Below, piece by piece: positions 35,631-49,929 of a DNA stretch of 64,000 bases. The translations under genes and the position numbers were made by a program. Origin of the DNA: Klebsormidium nitens. Its lineage: Eukaryota > Plantae > Klebsormidiophyceae. The stretch is taken from the NCBI GenBank assembly GCA_000708835.1, contig DF236956.1, forward strand, positions 1 to 64,000. The letters run 5' to 3'. Each line of letters begins with the position of its first letter. Position 1 is the stretch's first letter. Under the pieces are notes generated by a model. That model had not been told where the DNA came from. It made no database searches and worked only from the letters and a program-made list of their open reading frames with translations.

Positions 35631-38600
35631 CTAGTTGCGGGCACGCTTAACTGACTTCGCTTGCATTTGCCTTCGTAATGGGGGGCCTTGCGGCGCTGGA
35701 TCATTTGACGGAGCTCCCCCGGCTTCCCTCCCAACAATGCTGGACACATACGCCTCTGCGCGCTTGATGATCTGCAATGAAGCAAGACTACCATTTTTGG
35801 GCCTGAAACCTCGACGCTGGTGATTTCGTCTACAAGGCGCAGAGGACAGCCTAGCCCGGCTCGACAGCCCGGTTCTGCGTCAGTCTGACGAGACGCAGCA
35901 ACACTCGGCGGGCGCAAGGATACAGATCACTTCAAAGAAACAGTGCACGACTGCAAATGGGGAGTGATCTGTAATAACAGCACCCGAAGGCACATGTTTT
36001 TGGCCTGGACGCTGCCGTTGGGCTCCGGAGCAGTCTACGATAAGTACATCTTGTCTTAAAACCTTTCAGCGGCTTCCCGTGAACGCACGCACGTACCGCA
36101 ACGTACGCAACAACGGACAGCTTACGAAGCAGAACAAAGTCAATTCCAGAGCATGCCGAGTCAAATTGTTCACCAATGATGAGAAAACAGTCCGCCGGCC
36201 TCACCTCGGCCGACGCTCCGGCCCACGCTCCCACCGCCGCCGCCTTCTCCTTCAGGTGCCGCAGGTACGTACCGTTCACGTTTCCGGACACCACGGTCAC
36301 CTCGGACGCAGCTCCGCGTCCGAAGCCGCACTGCTCGTCGCGCGGCAGCCGCCGCACGTTCGCGAGCGCGACGACCGAGCCGCGGAATCCGTCCAGCGGA
36401 ACGAAGGCGTCCGCCGGAAGGCTGACGTCCAGGGCCAGGATCACGGGCAGCCGGTCAGGTTCCGGCGGAGTTCCGTCCGCGTCTGGCGGAATCTCGTCCG
36501 GTAGGATGCCGTAGCAGTCCCCCTCGAGGGAGCCGTCGGTGACGAAGAGCCATTGCTGGCGGCGGGCCCCGGCGGGGCGCGGGGCGGTGCAAAGGAGGAC
36601 GTATGCGGCGGTGTCGAACTCGCTGGTAGGGAAGAGTGGGCGAAAGAGTTTCGACGCCGAACGGGGAAGGCAAAAGGTGCTTATGCGGTACTTTGTGGAG
36701 GTTTGAAAGCGACGGTGTGAAGGAAACCAACGGCTGCACCAAGTTGTTGGAAAGCCAGTAAAGAAGACATTGATATGAGAAGGTCGGAAGCGGTAACTGA
36801 CGATCATCATACGCTGTGCCGTGCGCCACTGCTTGCCAAAGGTCGATTCGGTGAGGTCCTTTGCCTCGACTTGCGTACACATTTTTTCGAAGCCACCACC
36901 TGCTTAAATGACGTGCAGATCAAAGTGCGCCCATTCTGAAGCTTGCGCGTCTGGTCTGTGGACGCTCTTGCTACATCGGGTCCTCTCGATGGATGGCAGA
37001 AAGCAAACGGAAAACACAGAGAGTACCGTACTGCTATTCAATTTCGGCAAAAAATAAACAGTTATCTGGCCTGCCGAAAATTTCAGAAAACACTTTGAGG
37101 CAATCATGATTCGATAATGGCTATTTTAGCAGGTAACCATTGGTCTGCCGAAAGGATAGAAACTTTCATAATTAATTATTAGGCGTCGAAGGTGCTGAAA
37201 TCAATTAGCAGTACGGTATATCGTCTCACCTTCCGACGGGTGTTTCGTCGAGGGTGGAGAGGCGGACCGCCTCTCGGGGATGGTACGTGTACCTGGGAGC
37301 GCCGAGAGAACTAGAAGCGTTTCCACTGAGCTTCAAAAGACTCGGCGCTGCGCTGGACTGCATTTACGACTGGTGAGAGAACAGGAATACAATAGCCAGT
37401 CACGACACCAACCGAGACGGAGTTGGTGACAAGTTTCATGTTATCTATTCGCGCTCGCTTGTTGTGTCAGCATCTTAGGGCTGAACCGCTTTTCCGATCA
37501 AAGATGGCTTTTGCGAAGTCTGTTCTTAACGGCGGCCACTGAAGCAAGCCGGCAGCATCACAGGTCTAGTCGAGAGCGCTCACGTCATATGCTTGACTGC
37601 TGACGTAGGCACCCGCTGCCACTTCGTCCGCGGGCTCGAGTTCATGAGGATCGGGCCGCCGCCCGGGGGACCGGACCCTTTCGCCTTGGAAACGAGGTTG
37701 GTGATCAGGTAAAGCGCACCCTCGGCGAGATCTTGTATCTGGCAATGGAACGGGTTTCGAGAAGCTCAGAGACACGTTAGCGCCGGTTATACTTGTGCAG
37801 AGTCCGGACACTGAAGAGGCCTGGATTATGCAAGACAGAGTTTGAGACGGTGTGAATGCATCCCCTCCCAGCTTGGGACGGTCTAAATGCGTCCGCAAGG
37901 AGTGTCGCAGATTTGGTTGGTACGAACGCGGCACAGACTTTCTAGATTCTCCGGACGGTGTCTGCAACGGCTGTTGCGTGTTTGGACGGCGTAATCGCGT
38001 CCAGATTGCGGACCCCACCCACCTGCTCGTCACTGGGCCGCCAGATCGTGATGATGGCTTCCCCGTTCTGGCTGCGCAAAGGGGACCGTACGAGGCTTGT
38101 CACGCCCAAACTGCAAAAGCAGACTGGTAGCATGCTCAGAAGCCCGCTATTCTCAAGGGGACTGGGTGCTTTCAAACGACTCCGAGAAGAACGAAGAAGA
38201 AGAGGGCCTGACGACGTCCGGTCTGTCCGTGTCAGGTTGGTAGAAAGCCCATTTAATCGTACATATCTGGTCAAATCTGTTGCAGGGAAAGTATGCCATT
38301 TGGAGAGCATGCATTCGCCCTTGACTTCGCACCAATGGAACTCGCGGCTCTGTGATGCTGTTCGCACTTTACCTTGGGGCAAGCAGCTGTGCTGTCCCGG
38401 TAAGACAGCTGTAACGATCCCCAGTCCTTTCCGCAGGCTCCTTCACACCAAGTAATCAAGCCGGCAACTTTCGAACCAAGTATTCAAACGCCATTCGTGA
38501 GGACAACGTCTCCCCTAGAATCGTGCAACCCTAACACCCCATAGTGCTAAGCGGCTGTCATTGGTCCGAGAGAAAAAGAATCGCTCACCCCAGCTTGTCG

Positions 38601-41600
38601 GCTTCGTTTGTGTGAATGCCCGCCACGCGCACGCGCAGGTTGGAGCTGACGTCACGCTTCTCGAGGCCCCGCTTCTGAAGCTCCTCGTCGACTGCTGACG
38701 TGTAGTCTGCTTGCATGGTTTCCTACAGAACAATTTTCTTGCGGGGTTCAGCACCGGGAACCGTTTGGATTGTCGCGACGCGTCACACCATCAACTTGCG
38801 GATCCGCGTTTCACCTGTGTGCTCATCAGCCGTCCTCTTGAATACAATCGTTTTCTAAGACTCTGCAATGCTCCCAGTCTGCAGCTTCATCAATCGTTTG
38901 CTTCCGTGAAGTCGATGTGGTTGCCAAAAGATTCCTTTATTCAAGGAATTGGGAGCTGCTGCAACTTCAAGGCCATTCTCTTCTAGTCTAGATTGGCAGC
39001 AGCCTCGCGGGGATACGTTTGGCGCGCGCGCAACGGCGACCTTCACCGACAAAATATTCGCCCTCTTCGACGACCGCTTTCAGGCATTTCTTTAACGTTG
39101 CCGACTGCCGAATAAGTCGCCTTTCGATTTCAACCCTTCTGGCTATTCGAGTGATTTAGGAGTAAATCACCTGAAAAGCCTTAGAAATTTGAAGAGCCCG
39201 CACCTGCTGTTGCTGTTGGAATGCCTGCAGTGCCGATCGCTGGTGTTCGCTCATCCCCTGGAAGACGCCTTCCGGGTCGGCCGCGCTCTCGAGCTCGGCG
39301 TGCAGGCGAGCGCCCTCGCTAGGCCGCGCCTTCTGTGCGGAACCGGAACCGGAGCCGGAACCCTCCATGCGGGCAGCAACTTCTTCTGCCACCGTGGCAC
39401 GGCTGTAAGCGACCGGAGGAAAAGAAGCTTTAAGTCATTGAACAAGGCTAGGATACGGTGCAGGCTAGTACTGATGCTAAAACATTTAGGAGAGAGGGGC
39501 GGTGCCATTCAGGCGCGACCAACCTCGTCTGCAATTGTGCTACGGCCGTGAAGGAAGAAGCAGGGTTCAAGAACTTGACTGCTTTTCAATGGCATGCGGT
39601 GAATGACAAAGGGTCCCCGCAGAGCAGTATTTGTTGCCCGACGGCGCTTTTAGGTTCTGGTTCTAGAATTTCGCAAAAACCCACCCTGCGTTCTTTGCAA
39701 AAGCGCGTCCATGCTAGGCTGGTTCGAAAAGAGCTCAAGAAGCAAAGGATTTCCTCACCTCTCCTCGAAGCGTCTCTTGGCTATATCCTCCGCCTTTGCA
39801 GACCGCATAACGCGTTGACCGCCAGGCAATCTGAAACAAATCAACACTTTCCAGTCGATATCTCCCAAATGAATGCCACCGAAACTTTCCTTGCCAAGCT
39901 GACAATGAAAATCGCTCGTGTCGCCTTCAGAGAGTAAATCATGCACATTGTGGCTTAAGCACATGGACTACTATCCCGGTCTTAAGCAAGTCACAGGTCA
40001 ACTTCAAGTTCCAAAACTCTAAATGTGCCTAACTGATCAGTTTTGAGGACGCAATGTAAGAGTGTCTCACTTTTCCATATACAGCATGGGGTACATTCGC
40101 GTGACCACGACGGCCGTCAGCGGAACGGTGCCCCCTCCCTCCTTGATGCGCTTGAGCGGCACAGCCATTGGGCGGCTCTTGCCTGGGGAGAGGCGAAAAG
40201 AGCATTCCGTCAGCGTCATGGAGTTTGCGAATGACAAGCTTACGTCAGCAGATTTTGTGGAGATTAGGCAGCTCAGACACAAGCAGGCACAGCAGATTTT
40301 TTGAACGGTAAGCAGATTGGCAGGGTTTGTGACAAGCAGATAAGCAGGGTTTGCGTACGAAAATGCGTGTATCAAAAGAATGAGACCTGCTGGGAGCGGC
40401 AGAGATGATTTGTTCTTAATCCTGTTAGGGGTTCCCGACTTCTTTCACAGGTAAGGAAGACTTACAGAAGCCCAACTTCTCGTCCCACCGGCACCTGTGC
40501 GTGCCGTTCATCCGGATAACCAGAGACGACATCGTGCACGCCTGCGATGAAAAGTTCACGGTTCGGTATGGCACGCAATCCACAACTTCAGCTCTGACGT
40601 TTGTAAGGTACTCAAGATCGATTTCCTAAGGTAGTCACCGCAGAAAAGCGGCAGTTGCGTTTGCACTGTATGTCTTGCTAGCACTTCAGGGACCTGGTTG
40701 CATGACAAGGGCACAGAAATGAGTCCGCGAACTATGCCCAGAATTTTTGAGAGCTCCAGATAGACAACATTTAGTAGCGCACAAGGTGAATTGGACATGT
40801 AAATGAGCAACCGTTGCTCGTATGAGAAGGAGCTCACTTCTAGCGGAGGCGCTCCGTCTGCCAAACCCTCGAGAGCAGAACCAAAGACCTGCAGGTCAAG
40901 CCGCATTCGAGTTTTCCTCAGCTGTTCCATTTACTTGGACTATTGAAACAACGAAGGTCTTCACGAAGCCCATCCTGGTGTAATGCGTCAGAATAGAAGC
41001 CCTTGTAAGCGGCTCCTGCGACGACCTTTCTTGCACCGGAGCAAGGAACTACGGTGCTTCTGCTTGGCCTTGTGTTCAGAGTACCCAAGGAGTGATAGAA
41101 GCTTTTATCTGATTTTGCGATTGTTTGCTCACGGGTGCGGCACCTCTGAAAACCTTTGTAACTCTTTAAATCCTCAAAACTCCAACTGGCTTGCATTCAA
41201 CGGAAGAGCAGAAGCAGTCGTTGATTGGCGACGTACCTTGATTTTCTGACCGACCCGCAGCTTCTTTTCGTGCAGAAGGCGCGTGAGGGGCATGTCCAGC
41301 TGCGCAGTCAGCCAGTACCTACACATCCAATATTTGCTTCTGCGATTGGACTCTCATTCTACGGGTAATAAGCTCATACCTGATATAAGCTTGTGAATGA
41401 ATTCTAATGGACGAATGAAAATCGTAAGTGCCTTGCGAGAGTTAACGAGGGAGCCAATGAATTGTGTAGTACGTGGGTACTGATACGTTAAGCACCTTCT
41501 TCAGGACTTTGGCTGTCAGGTTGAGCAGTGGGTTGAGGTCGGGGTCCCAGATAATCAGTAAAGTAGCCCGTTCCTTCCCGTTTTCCTTATGAGGATGTCG

Positions 41601-44600
41601 ATAAAAGTTGGACCATCCAATAGCACTATAATCAGACTTTACAACTCAACTTCGTCACCTAAAATACGCACGCAGGGTCTGACACCTGCCCGGTGCTGTG
41701 AGGTGAATAGGAGAGGCAAGTGTGCTTGGAAAGCCCTAGTGAACGGCGGCAGTCACTCAATCTGGTCTAAGGTAGCGAAATCCCTTGACGTAGAATCCAA
41801 CGTCCTGCATGGTTGGTTTCACGACTGCCCCGCTGTCTCAAAGGTGAGCCCAGTGTATCTCAAATCTCCCCGTGAAGTTGCGAAGTACTAGCGGCTAGAC
41901 GAAGGCGCTCACCAGCCATCCGTCACCTCGACCTTCGCGGGCACGCCCACGCCCTCGTTCCGCCCCTGGTTGTTTTCCGTCCGCTGGCTTCCGTCCGTTC
42001 GTACGCTGGAGGGGGTCTTGTTGGCAGGGGTGCCTGCAACCGTCAATCCCCAGGAACGGACGGCAGAGATGCAGAGCACCATAAGGCGGCTGGGTGGCTG
42101 GTCCTTCTCGCAGATCTGCTTGAGGGCGGACCGCTGGCCCTCCTTGATCTCTCTCTGGTACCTGCGAAGATGTATAGTTCATTTGGAAGGTTCGCTACGT
42201 ATTTACAGAATCGACGAAGACTGACTCTCGATTTGTGGGGACAGTAATGAGGAATAAAGGCGGCACTTCCAGCTAACACTCTTTACAAAGATCGGCCGAG
42301 TCAATTGCGGAAAAATCAAGCCCACCACCGTTATCCTCACTCCACTTAAGTGTGATTGCCCGTGCTCTGCACTATGCTCGACTGAGTTCTGTCCTATTCT
42401 GGACGTAAGAAGACGCATGCACAGCGACGATAGAGGCGACAAGCGGCCTGAAGGAGCGGGCTACTGGTCGCCAGGGAATGACATCAACCGAGAACCTCCT
42501 GGTGGTGGTTCAGCAACTGAGCCGTGCGAATTGAGCATCTCAAATCGCCGCGTTTTCGTCGTACCCACATGCTACCTTCATGAAGAAATTGCGTTCGACT
42601 CTCATATTTGATAGATCTCACCTATACTTTAACTGATCAAAGACGCGCTCCGCAGTGAGCATCCGTCCCGCGCAACGGCCGGGGAAACTCCGCTCGTACC
42701 CCGCCAGCTTCCAGACGATCCACCGGTAGTGATTCTCGACCCAGCTGCAAAGAACCGGACGGTCTAGTCACTCTTTGATCAAGGCATTGTGAAGGGAAGC
42801 GAAAAATCCAGGGTTTGTGAAGCTGCTGATGCAATCACTCCTAGCATCGTACTCATAGGATAGTAACTTGTAAGGAACACTTTCTGGCTTGAGGGAAAAA
42901 TATGAAGTCAAAATGTCACTAAACGCACTTTGTCGAGTTGTCGGCATGGAGAGAAATGAGCATCTATTACGTAAAGGCGCAGAATGTTCTGCATCTCGCA
43001 GGAATATACGAAGGTGTGATTTTCCTAGTAAGTGTTGGAAACATTCAGAGCATCTTTGAGACCATCGAAGCGGGACAGTGCTCACTCGCGAGTCGCGTGC
43101 TTTGCCTCCGCCCCCGCTCTCAGCAGATCTTGACGCATCTCCGGGTGCCCCATGGAGGCTCCAGTTCCGGCGTCGCAGAAGCGGAATGCTGACGCAGAGT
43201 CGCTCGTCATGAGGCGCACCTCAACGGCAACCTTGCTAACCTGGGGCACACGACGTCGCGGCTTAGGGGGCCAATGGAGCGTCTGGATCTAATGTCTACG
43301 GCAGATCAATCTCATTGGCTCTTGAAGAGCGGATTGGCTGCTGGTAGACTAACCCTGCATTGCTTGGAGCTTCACAGCGGTGCAGCTTGTAGTCCTATAT
43401 GCAACCTTGTATTTTGCCAGTTGTTACCTCCTTAAGGTTGGACTTACAAACGGATCAAGGGATCAAGTTAACGAGCAGCAACACGAACCTGAATCGCTTG
43501 AGGTGGCAATCGAGTTGAGATTTTCGCACAGATTGAGCAGCATTAGCGACTCTCCGTATCGGTGAGTGACTGTGAACATTGGGTAAGGAAGATAGATCAC
43601 TCACGTCGCAGTCCCCTCCAGGAGCCTCCCTAAACGCCTCGCGGAGGCTGGGCCGTTTCACACCCCTGTACATGTCGTGCAATTCCTGCAGTGGACCGCC
43701 GGTGTGAAGCGGCGCCGGCGCTGGCTGCTGAGCTGCCGCGATCTGCGGGGTGCCTGGCTGCCCCCCCGTGACGGCATCGCCCGTGTCAAAGCGAAAAGGA
43801 ACGAGCGCGCTCTGTGGGGTGTGCATATCGAAGGCGAAGGGGGGGGCTATGCTTTGGTTAGCGAACGGGGAGTGGGTTTGGCGGAGGTTAGGAGGCGTGG
43901 TCTGCTGGAAAGAGGAAGGGGGCATGGGTAATGGGTGATCCGGTGTGCGAGCAAGGAGGGGCGACTTGAAGGCGGACGGGCCGGGGAGCGGAGATTTGTC
44001 GGGTGGACGTGAGCGGCCACCGGCGAGGGGTCGGGGGGAGTCGAACCTGCCAGAAAAGAGAGCGTCTTATGTGCTGCGAGACGGTGGGCAAAAGGGACGT
44101 CACCATTGCCACGGTCACCTATTCCTCCGTTTCAGTGTAAGCTCATGAAACTAAATTAGCTATGCCATGAGGCGATCTTGAAGACACTCGCCCAGGCTGC
44201 CTAGACGACCACCCTGAGTCACGATGCTGTCCGCTGTCCCGAATGAGAAGCAAGTCTTTTCACTGCAGTCATCCGCACTAGCAGCAGAAGCAATCAATTG
44301 GATTACAAGCTGTGTAAGTCCGTTTCAACACCATCACAAACGTCATGTTCGGACCGAGGACATAGTAGGGGGAGACGGAGGTTGCTCACTTGAGCTTGCG
44401 GGGCTTGTCTCCAATCTGTCTCTCCCCAGGCGTTATTACGCTCCGGTTCCCCAACCCAATCGTCGCGAGCGGCTGCCTCGAGCGCGCTCCTAAACCCTGA
44501 ACCCCCGTCGGCCCGCTCTGGTTCAGCCGCTGCTGAGCCAGAGCGTTCGCACTTCCGCTCCTTAGATGCTGCACGCCGGGGTTTAGGGGTTTCGGATCGC

Positions 44601-47600
44601 TGGCCGCTCGAGGCGCGCCCCCGTCGTCTAGCGCCCAACAGGACAAAGCCCGGTTGAGCTTCTCTTTGTGGAGTTCAGCGCCCGTCTGTCCGTTTCTTGT
44701 CAGCTGAGACGCACCGCCTCTCTGCCCCTGGGCTTGAAACCCCGTTCCGTTGACCCCCCCTTGCACCTCGTCCTCACAATGAGCCCCCGGTCCCTGCCAC
44801 CCCAATCTCAGCGGCTCCCCCGGTTGGACTGCATCTCCCCCCCCGACTCGCTGCCGTTTGGCACCAAAAGAATGTGCACCCTCTTGCCAATTTGCCGCAT
44901 CAGCAAGTGGCGCCCCATCGCCCTGTTGCCAACCTAGTCGGAGAGGCTCGCCGGGCACTTCGCTACCCGCCGCTCCTGCTGATCGGTTCCCCCGGTGAGT
45001 TCTACCGGCTTCACCCCCGGTCACCAGCGGAGCGTCGTCTTCGTCCAAAAGCCGCTTCGCCCAGGCCATCTTCTTCGCATCCACGCCTTGCAATGGCTTC
45101 AGGCCACCTGTCTGAAAACCGCCGCCCCCGAAAGCAGCCGCGTTCGCGCCCCCCTGGAGGTTGAACCCTTCGCCTGGAACCCCGGTCTGGAAGCTGGGCG
45201 ACGTCATGCTGACGTCATCAGGCCCCGGGTTGCCGAAGCCGAGCTCCGCCCCGTCCGTCCCGAAGAACGCCCTGCCCCGCTGCAGCTCTGCGGGCGTGAC
45301 CACGAGCGGCTTGAGGCTGCCGGTTTGAAACGAGATCGAGAACCCGTCTGCCTGCGGCTCTGGGGTTCTGCTGAAATCAGGCTGCTGACCAACGGGAACT
45401 AAAGTTCCGCTGGCTTGCCCGTCCGCTCTCCATCCGCCGGAAGTGTCTACTCCTTGTGGGTCTGTCGGCACATCAAACTCGAATGCCGTCAGCCCTGTCG
45501 TAGCCCCGCCTTGTCCCCCTTGCCGAAGTCCGTAAGCCTCGTTAGCGAACTTCTCCCCCTTCCGAAGAAAAGACTGTCCGTCTGCAAGGCCTCCAACTGT
45601 GCCGGGCTCCGCAGAGAAGCGTCCCAAATCAGACTGCCCCATCTCATCACGCAACAACGCCTGGGCCTTCGCATACGCAGCGCTCGAGAACCCAACCTTC
45701 TTGCCTGAACCGCTCGTAAACCCGAAATCCAAACCCTTCTCAGCTGGCCCCTCCGCACCTGCAAACTCCAAACCCATCGCCCCGCCTACACCACTGGCTC
45801 GCGCGACCCCACGAGTAAACCCCGACGTCAGACCCGCCATTTCAGGTCCCCCGATAGCTTGCGCAAATCCCTGATTGAAGCCTGACGCCAGACCCGTCGC
45901 AAGGCCCTCTCGACCGGCTTGTGCTAAACCCTGCTGGAACCCCTGCAACCCCGACAGCCCCAGTTCCTCCTGCAACAAGCTCTGCGCTTTCTTCCGGGCC
46001 GTTTCCGAGACCCCGACCTTCCTTCCTGACCCGGTAGTAAACCCAAAATCGAAGGCGGGTTCCTCAGCCAGCCCCAGTCCAACATGCGAGTGTTGCGCTT
46101 GCCCGGCCACCTGCTCTTCGGAAAGCCCCCTCCACTCCGCCGCTCCAACTTCATGCGGCAAAGAAGCCTTTGTAGTCACGAAAGCATTGCTTGATTGGCC
46201 GAAGTTCTTCCCTGTCTCTGTCATAAGGCCGAAATCCGAACCCGCTGCCTGAGGGCCGTTCTCAAACCCCATTGGTGCATTTGGTCCACCTGGTCGCCCT
46301 GCCACAACACCCCCTGACTGCACACGCTCTTCTCGCATCAAGTTCTGCGCCTTCCCCCATGCCGCGTCTGAGAACCCAATCTTCGCCCCTAACCCGTTCG
46401 TGAACCCGAAGTCCATCCCTGCCGACGCTTGCCCATTCTCGAACCCTGCCGTCGGGTTAGGTGCGTGCATATTTGCACCGCCCCCCGGGAAAGCACCGTT
46501 TCCTAGCGACGGAAGCTCCTCTTGCAGCAAGTTCTGCGCCCTGGCCCACGACGCGTTAGAGAACCCGACTTTCTTCCTTAACCCGTTTGAGAACCCAAAT
46601 TCGAACCCCTTCTCCCCTCCGCTTTGCGGACCCGCTTTTCCCCCGGCTTCAAAGAGCTCCCTTGGCTTATCATCCTCTAGAACTTCGTCCAACAGGGCGT
46701 GCACCCGCGCCGCCTTCTCCGACCGCTTGCCGGCGTGAGCCTTCCCTGTGCGCAGGTTCTGGAAGCTCATGAAGCCTGGCGCTGCCGACGGCTGGACAAG
46801 CGGCAGACTGGGGTGAATGGGGCCAAAGGAACCAGACCTGAGAAGACTGGTTTCAGGACCGCTAGGCTGAGGGTCTGCTATCGACTGCCAAGGCATGGGT
46901 TCTGTCTGCGGTGGAATTTGGGGCGTGCTCTTCCTGAGGAGAGGACTTTCGAGTCCGAGCTGCTGGTTCAGGAGGGGCGATTGCTGCCCAGCATGCTTGG
47001 AGGGGCCCATGCGGAAGGGAACGGGGGTCTGCTCTCTCTGCGTCAAAGAGCATGGCGAGTTCAGGAACGATTGCGTAGATGTCACATTGGAGATGTGTAA
47101 ACAGACACTGACACCAGCTCTTCAAAGTGCTGCTGTTGATCTCCAGTCCGCGCATGAGGTCAGCATGATTGACAGTAGCTTGATGTGAGCTGCGCTAGAG
47201 ACTCCCCTCCCGACGTCCGGACTTCACGGCTTTGGATCTTGCATAGCTTCCTGCCGCAAACCTCTTCTCATAAAATGGGGAAAAGAGGCTCTGAGTTGAA
47301 AAGACTAGTAGACGCCTGCTGCAAAACTACGTGCTTCAAAAGGAAACATACCTGCGGAGGGTGGACATCCGTGGTCGGCAAAATCAACCCCGCACCACGA
47401 GAGAAGCCCTTGATCTGCGGCGTAACTAAAGATTGCCTGCCTGGCAGAAAGGAGGGCCGCTCAGCCTCCTGCACACAAGGAAAAGAGGTTCAGCTTCTCT
47501 CACAGGCAGTCAGAAGAGTCAGCAAAGGCACACCGTCTCATAGCAAAGTGCGGGAGGTTCGATGAGCACCCTATGCGGAGTCAATCTGTAAGGGTCACCT

Positions 47601-49170
47601 ATCAGCCATCAAATCTTGTATGCCATAAGATGGAACATTTTCTTTGAGACTTTCTGCGTTCCACTGGCAAGTCAGCTGCTCAACTTCAGTGCTGATTGCA
47701 ACAATCCTCTCACTTTCTGTGTCATCTCCGGGCTTGGAAAGTAGTCTGGGGCAGAGTCGGCGGGAGACTTTGACGGCGTGCTTTCGTCCATACGGAAGCA
47801 GGACGGCAGAGACGGGCCATTTCTCAAAGGAGTGCTAGGGTCCTTCTTGGCTCTCGGATCACTGTTTTCCGCACTACTCATTGGCGCTACGAGGAGACTT
47901 AAAGCAGATGGGACAAAAGGTCCCTGCACGGCTGCCTGCGTGGCCTTCCTCTCTGCAAATGCCAGGTCTTGCTGATCGACCTCTAGCTGCGTGTCTCTGG
48001 AAGCTTGTGGCTGGATTTGACGAGCAGTAATGTTTGCTGCTGGGAAAGCATCCTTGACAGGAGTTTGTACATTCAGTCCTGCTGCTGAAGCTTGTGGAGA
48101 TGGCAGATCTTGCAGCCTGATTGCATCACTACCTGTGGGCAGATGTGTTACAGCCCTGCCATGTGTTGCTTCCCAAGAAGATCGGCCGTGGTCTGGGTTT
48201 TGGGACTGGAGGGGTGATGGCACCATGGGGCTGCCAAAGCAATTGGGCTCATGGAAGGTGTCCGTTCGATCTCTGCTTGCATGCTGCAACTTTGCTTGCT
48301 GAAGGCCTTCAGTCTGGCGGACAGCACCCTCCCTTGGAGTTGTTGCTGTCCTTGGGGTGTTATGCACAGGGTGGTCTGCAACAAGGTAGGAAGACAGGAC
48401 CTCACAAGATATTCACAGACAGTGGCGATAGAAATCATGGACACACTCACTGTGATGCACAGAAGAAGAACTTATTTCAAACGACTCAACTGCTGGAGAT
48501 CTATGTGTTGAAAAAGAGAGAACCATCGCTTGTCAGTTTCGTATGCGAGCCGTTTTGTAAGTTTGCACATCGTTCAAGAGATGGTGAAAAAGATTTCAGC
48601 AGTGAGCACAGTCATCATCTTGGAGGTCGACCACAAGCATGCATATCCATTCATCCAAGAGGTCAAATGCAAGCGTGAATAACTTACTATCATCTTCCAC
48701 AGTTTCATCATCAACTCCACAAAGGCCTGGAGGCTCTCTGTCCGCTTGCAACGAGATAGGTCTCTCAACACAGTTGACTGCAAGAGAAAATCCAGTGTGA
48801 GTAAATACTGGCATCTATGGGCACTCACAGGTTGATGATTGCACCAATCAGCACCAGCATAGGACAGTCTGCAAATTTGCCTGGTTGACTTCCTCTCTCA
48901 AGGACTCAAAAAATCCCTCGTTATACGGCAGCATTTCGCTGCTGAATTAGGCAAGACTGTATGCCGCTTCCGGGAGTCAATTGAGCACTCACCAGCTTGA
49001 AGCTCAATCAGCCCTGCCGTTTGTGTATCCTGGTCATCGAAGCAACTAACGACCGAGGGAAGTTGCTCGGCAGGAAGGGACACCGAACTCTCAAGCGAGC
49101 CTCCCTTCTCAAGCAGCCACGTCTTTGAGCCCGGGATCTGTCTGAGATGGTAGACAGGATAGCTGGCCAT
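35631..49170 (-). CDS. BRCA2: BRCA2 homologue (plant type)
   Basis: Start [11 protein letters not shown] (49170); large BRC-repeat exon 47037-44390; helical domain [14 protein letters not shown] (42744-42622); OB1 VEVTDGWY and LRVGQKIK; [14 protein letters not shown]; [17 protein letters not shown]; OB3 SEFDTAAYV…QWLFVTDGS; last exon 35771-35631 [14 protein letters not shown]. Some central exons were not traced in detail. Confidence 0.93.
45045..46606 (-). repeat. BRC repeats (6 clear, 1 degenerate) within the BRCA2 large exon
   Basis: [139 protein letters not shown]; degenerate [23 protein letters not shown]. Confidence 0.85.
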
Positions 49171-49929
49171 TGCGTTGATTAGTTGAAAAGTACAGCCTCA
49201 AGCGCGGGGCAAGCACTGCAACGGACTAACACAGACAGGGTGTATCTCTAGGTAACTCCACCTAGTGCTTGGATAGCCCTGGCCTCTTCGATGGTTCTTC
49301 ACCAAAACTGCTCGAACGCCATTGGCATTGTTCCATATCCCACCATCACGCTGGGCTCACAATCAGCTCCCTCCTCCACCTTCCTTGAACTTGAAGACGA
49401 CCTATGCACAGTGTGTAATTAAAGCACTGGCTTGCCCTGGATGCACCAAAATTTGGTGGCGCGAAATTCATAAATTGGTTTGCAATTTGCAACATCGGAG
49501 GGTCGGGAAGTCAAAGTCGCTGGAAGTACGCGTATCGAACGGCTCAGAAGGCTCTGCTGTATGAAGTGTTCAGCCGCATTTTTGCTCACCCTTGATGTGT
49601 ATGCAGCAGCCTCAATCTCCTTTCTTCGTGCAGTGCCAGAACTCTTGCCAAGTTCTTCAACTTCAACTTCAAGTCCATTCACTCTGCATTCACCACAAGA
49701 GGAGAAACGGCTGAAAGGCAAAGTCTGCCATTGGCATTGGATCTAGGGCTTAGGCAGGGTGGTGTGCAGGGGACGCAAAGGACTGTTCAATCAAAACCGC
49801 TCAACATCTGGTTTTTAGAGCTTCACTACAGCTTCTAACGGTCATCTCAAAAGTAGAGGTGGAGGCCAGCACCCACCAGGCCTGGGGGTGCATTGGGGCA
49901 GTAGGCAAGGTGAAACGCGTGGATTCCAG

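Noticed and set aside
44668-47188. Many plus-strand ORFs opposite the BRCA2 large exon, and similar antisense ORFs over other GC-rich exons
   Set aside because: These are expected shadow ORFs of GC-rich coding sequence, with no independent motifs or splice support.
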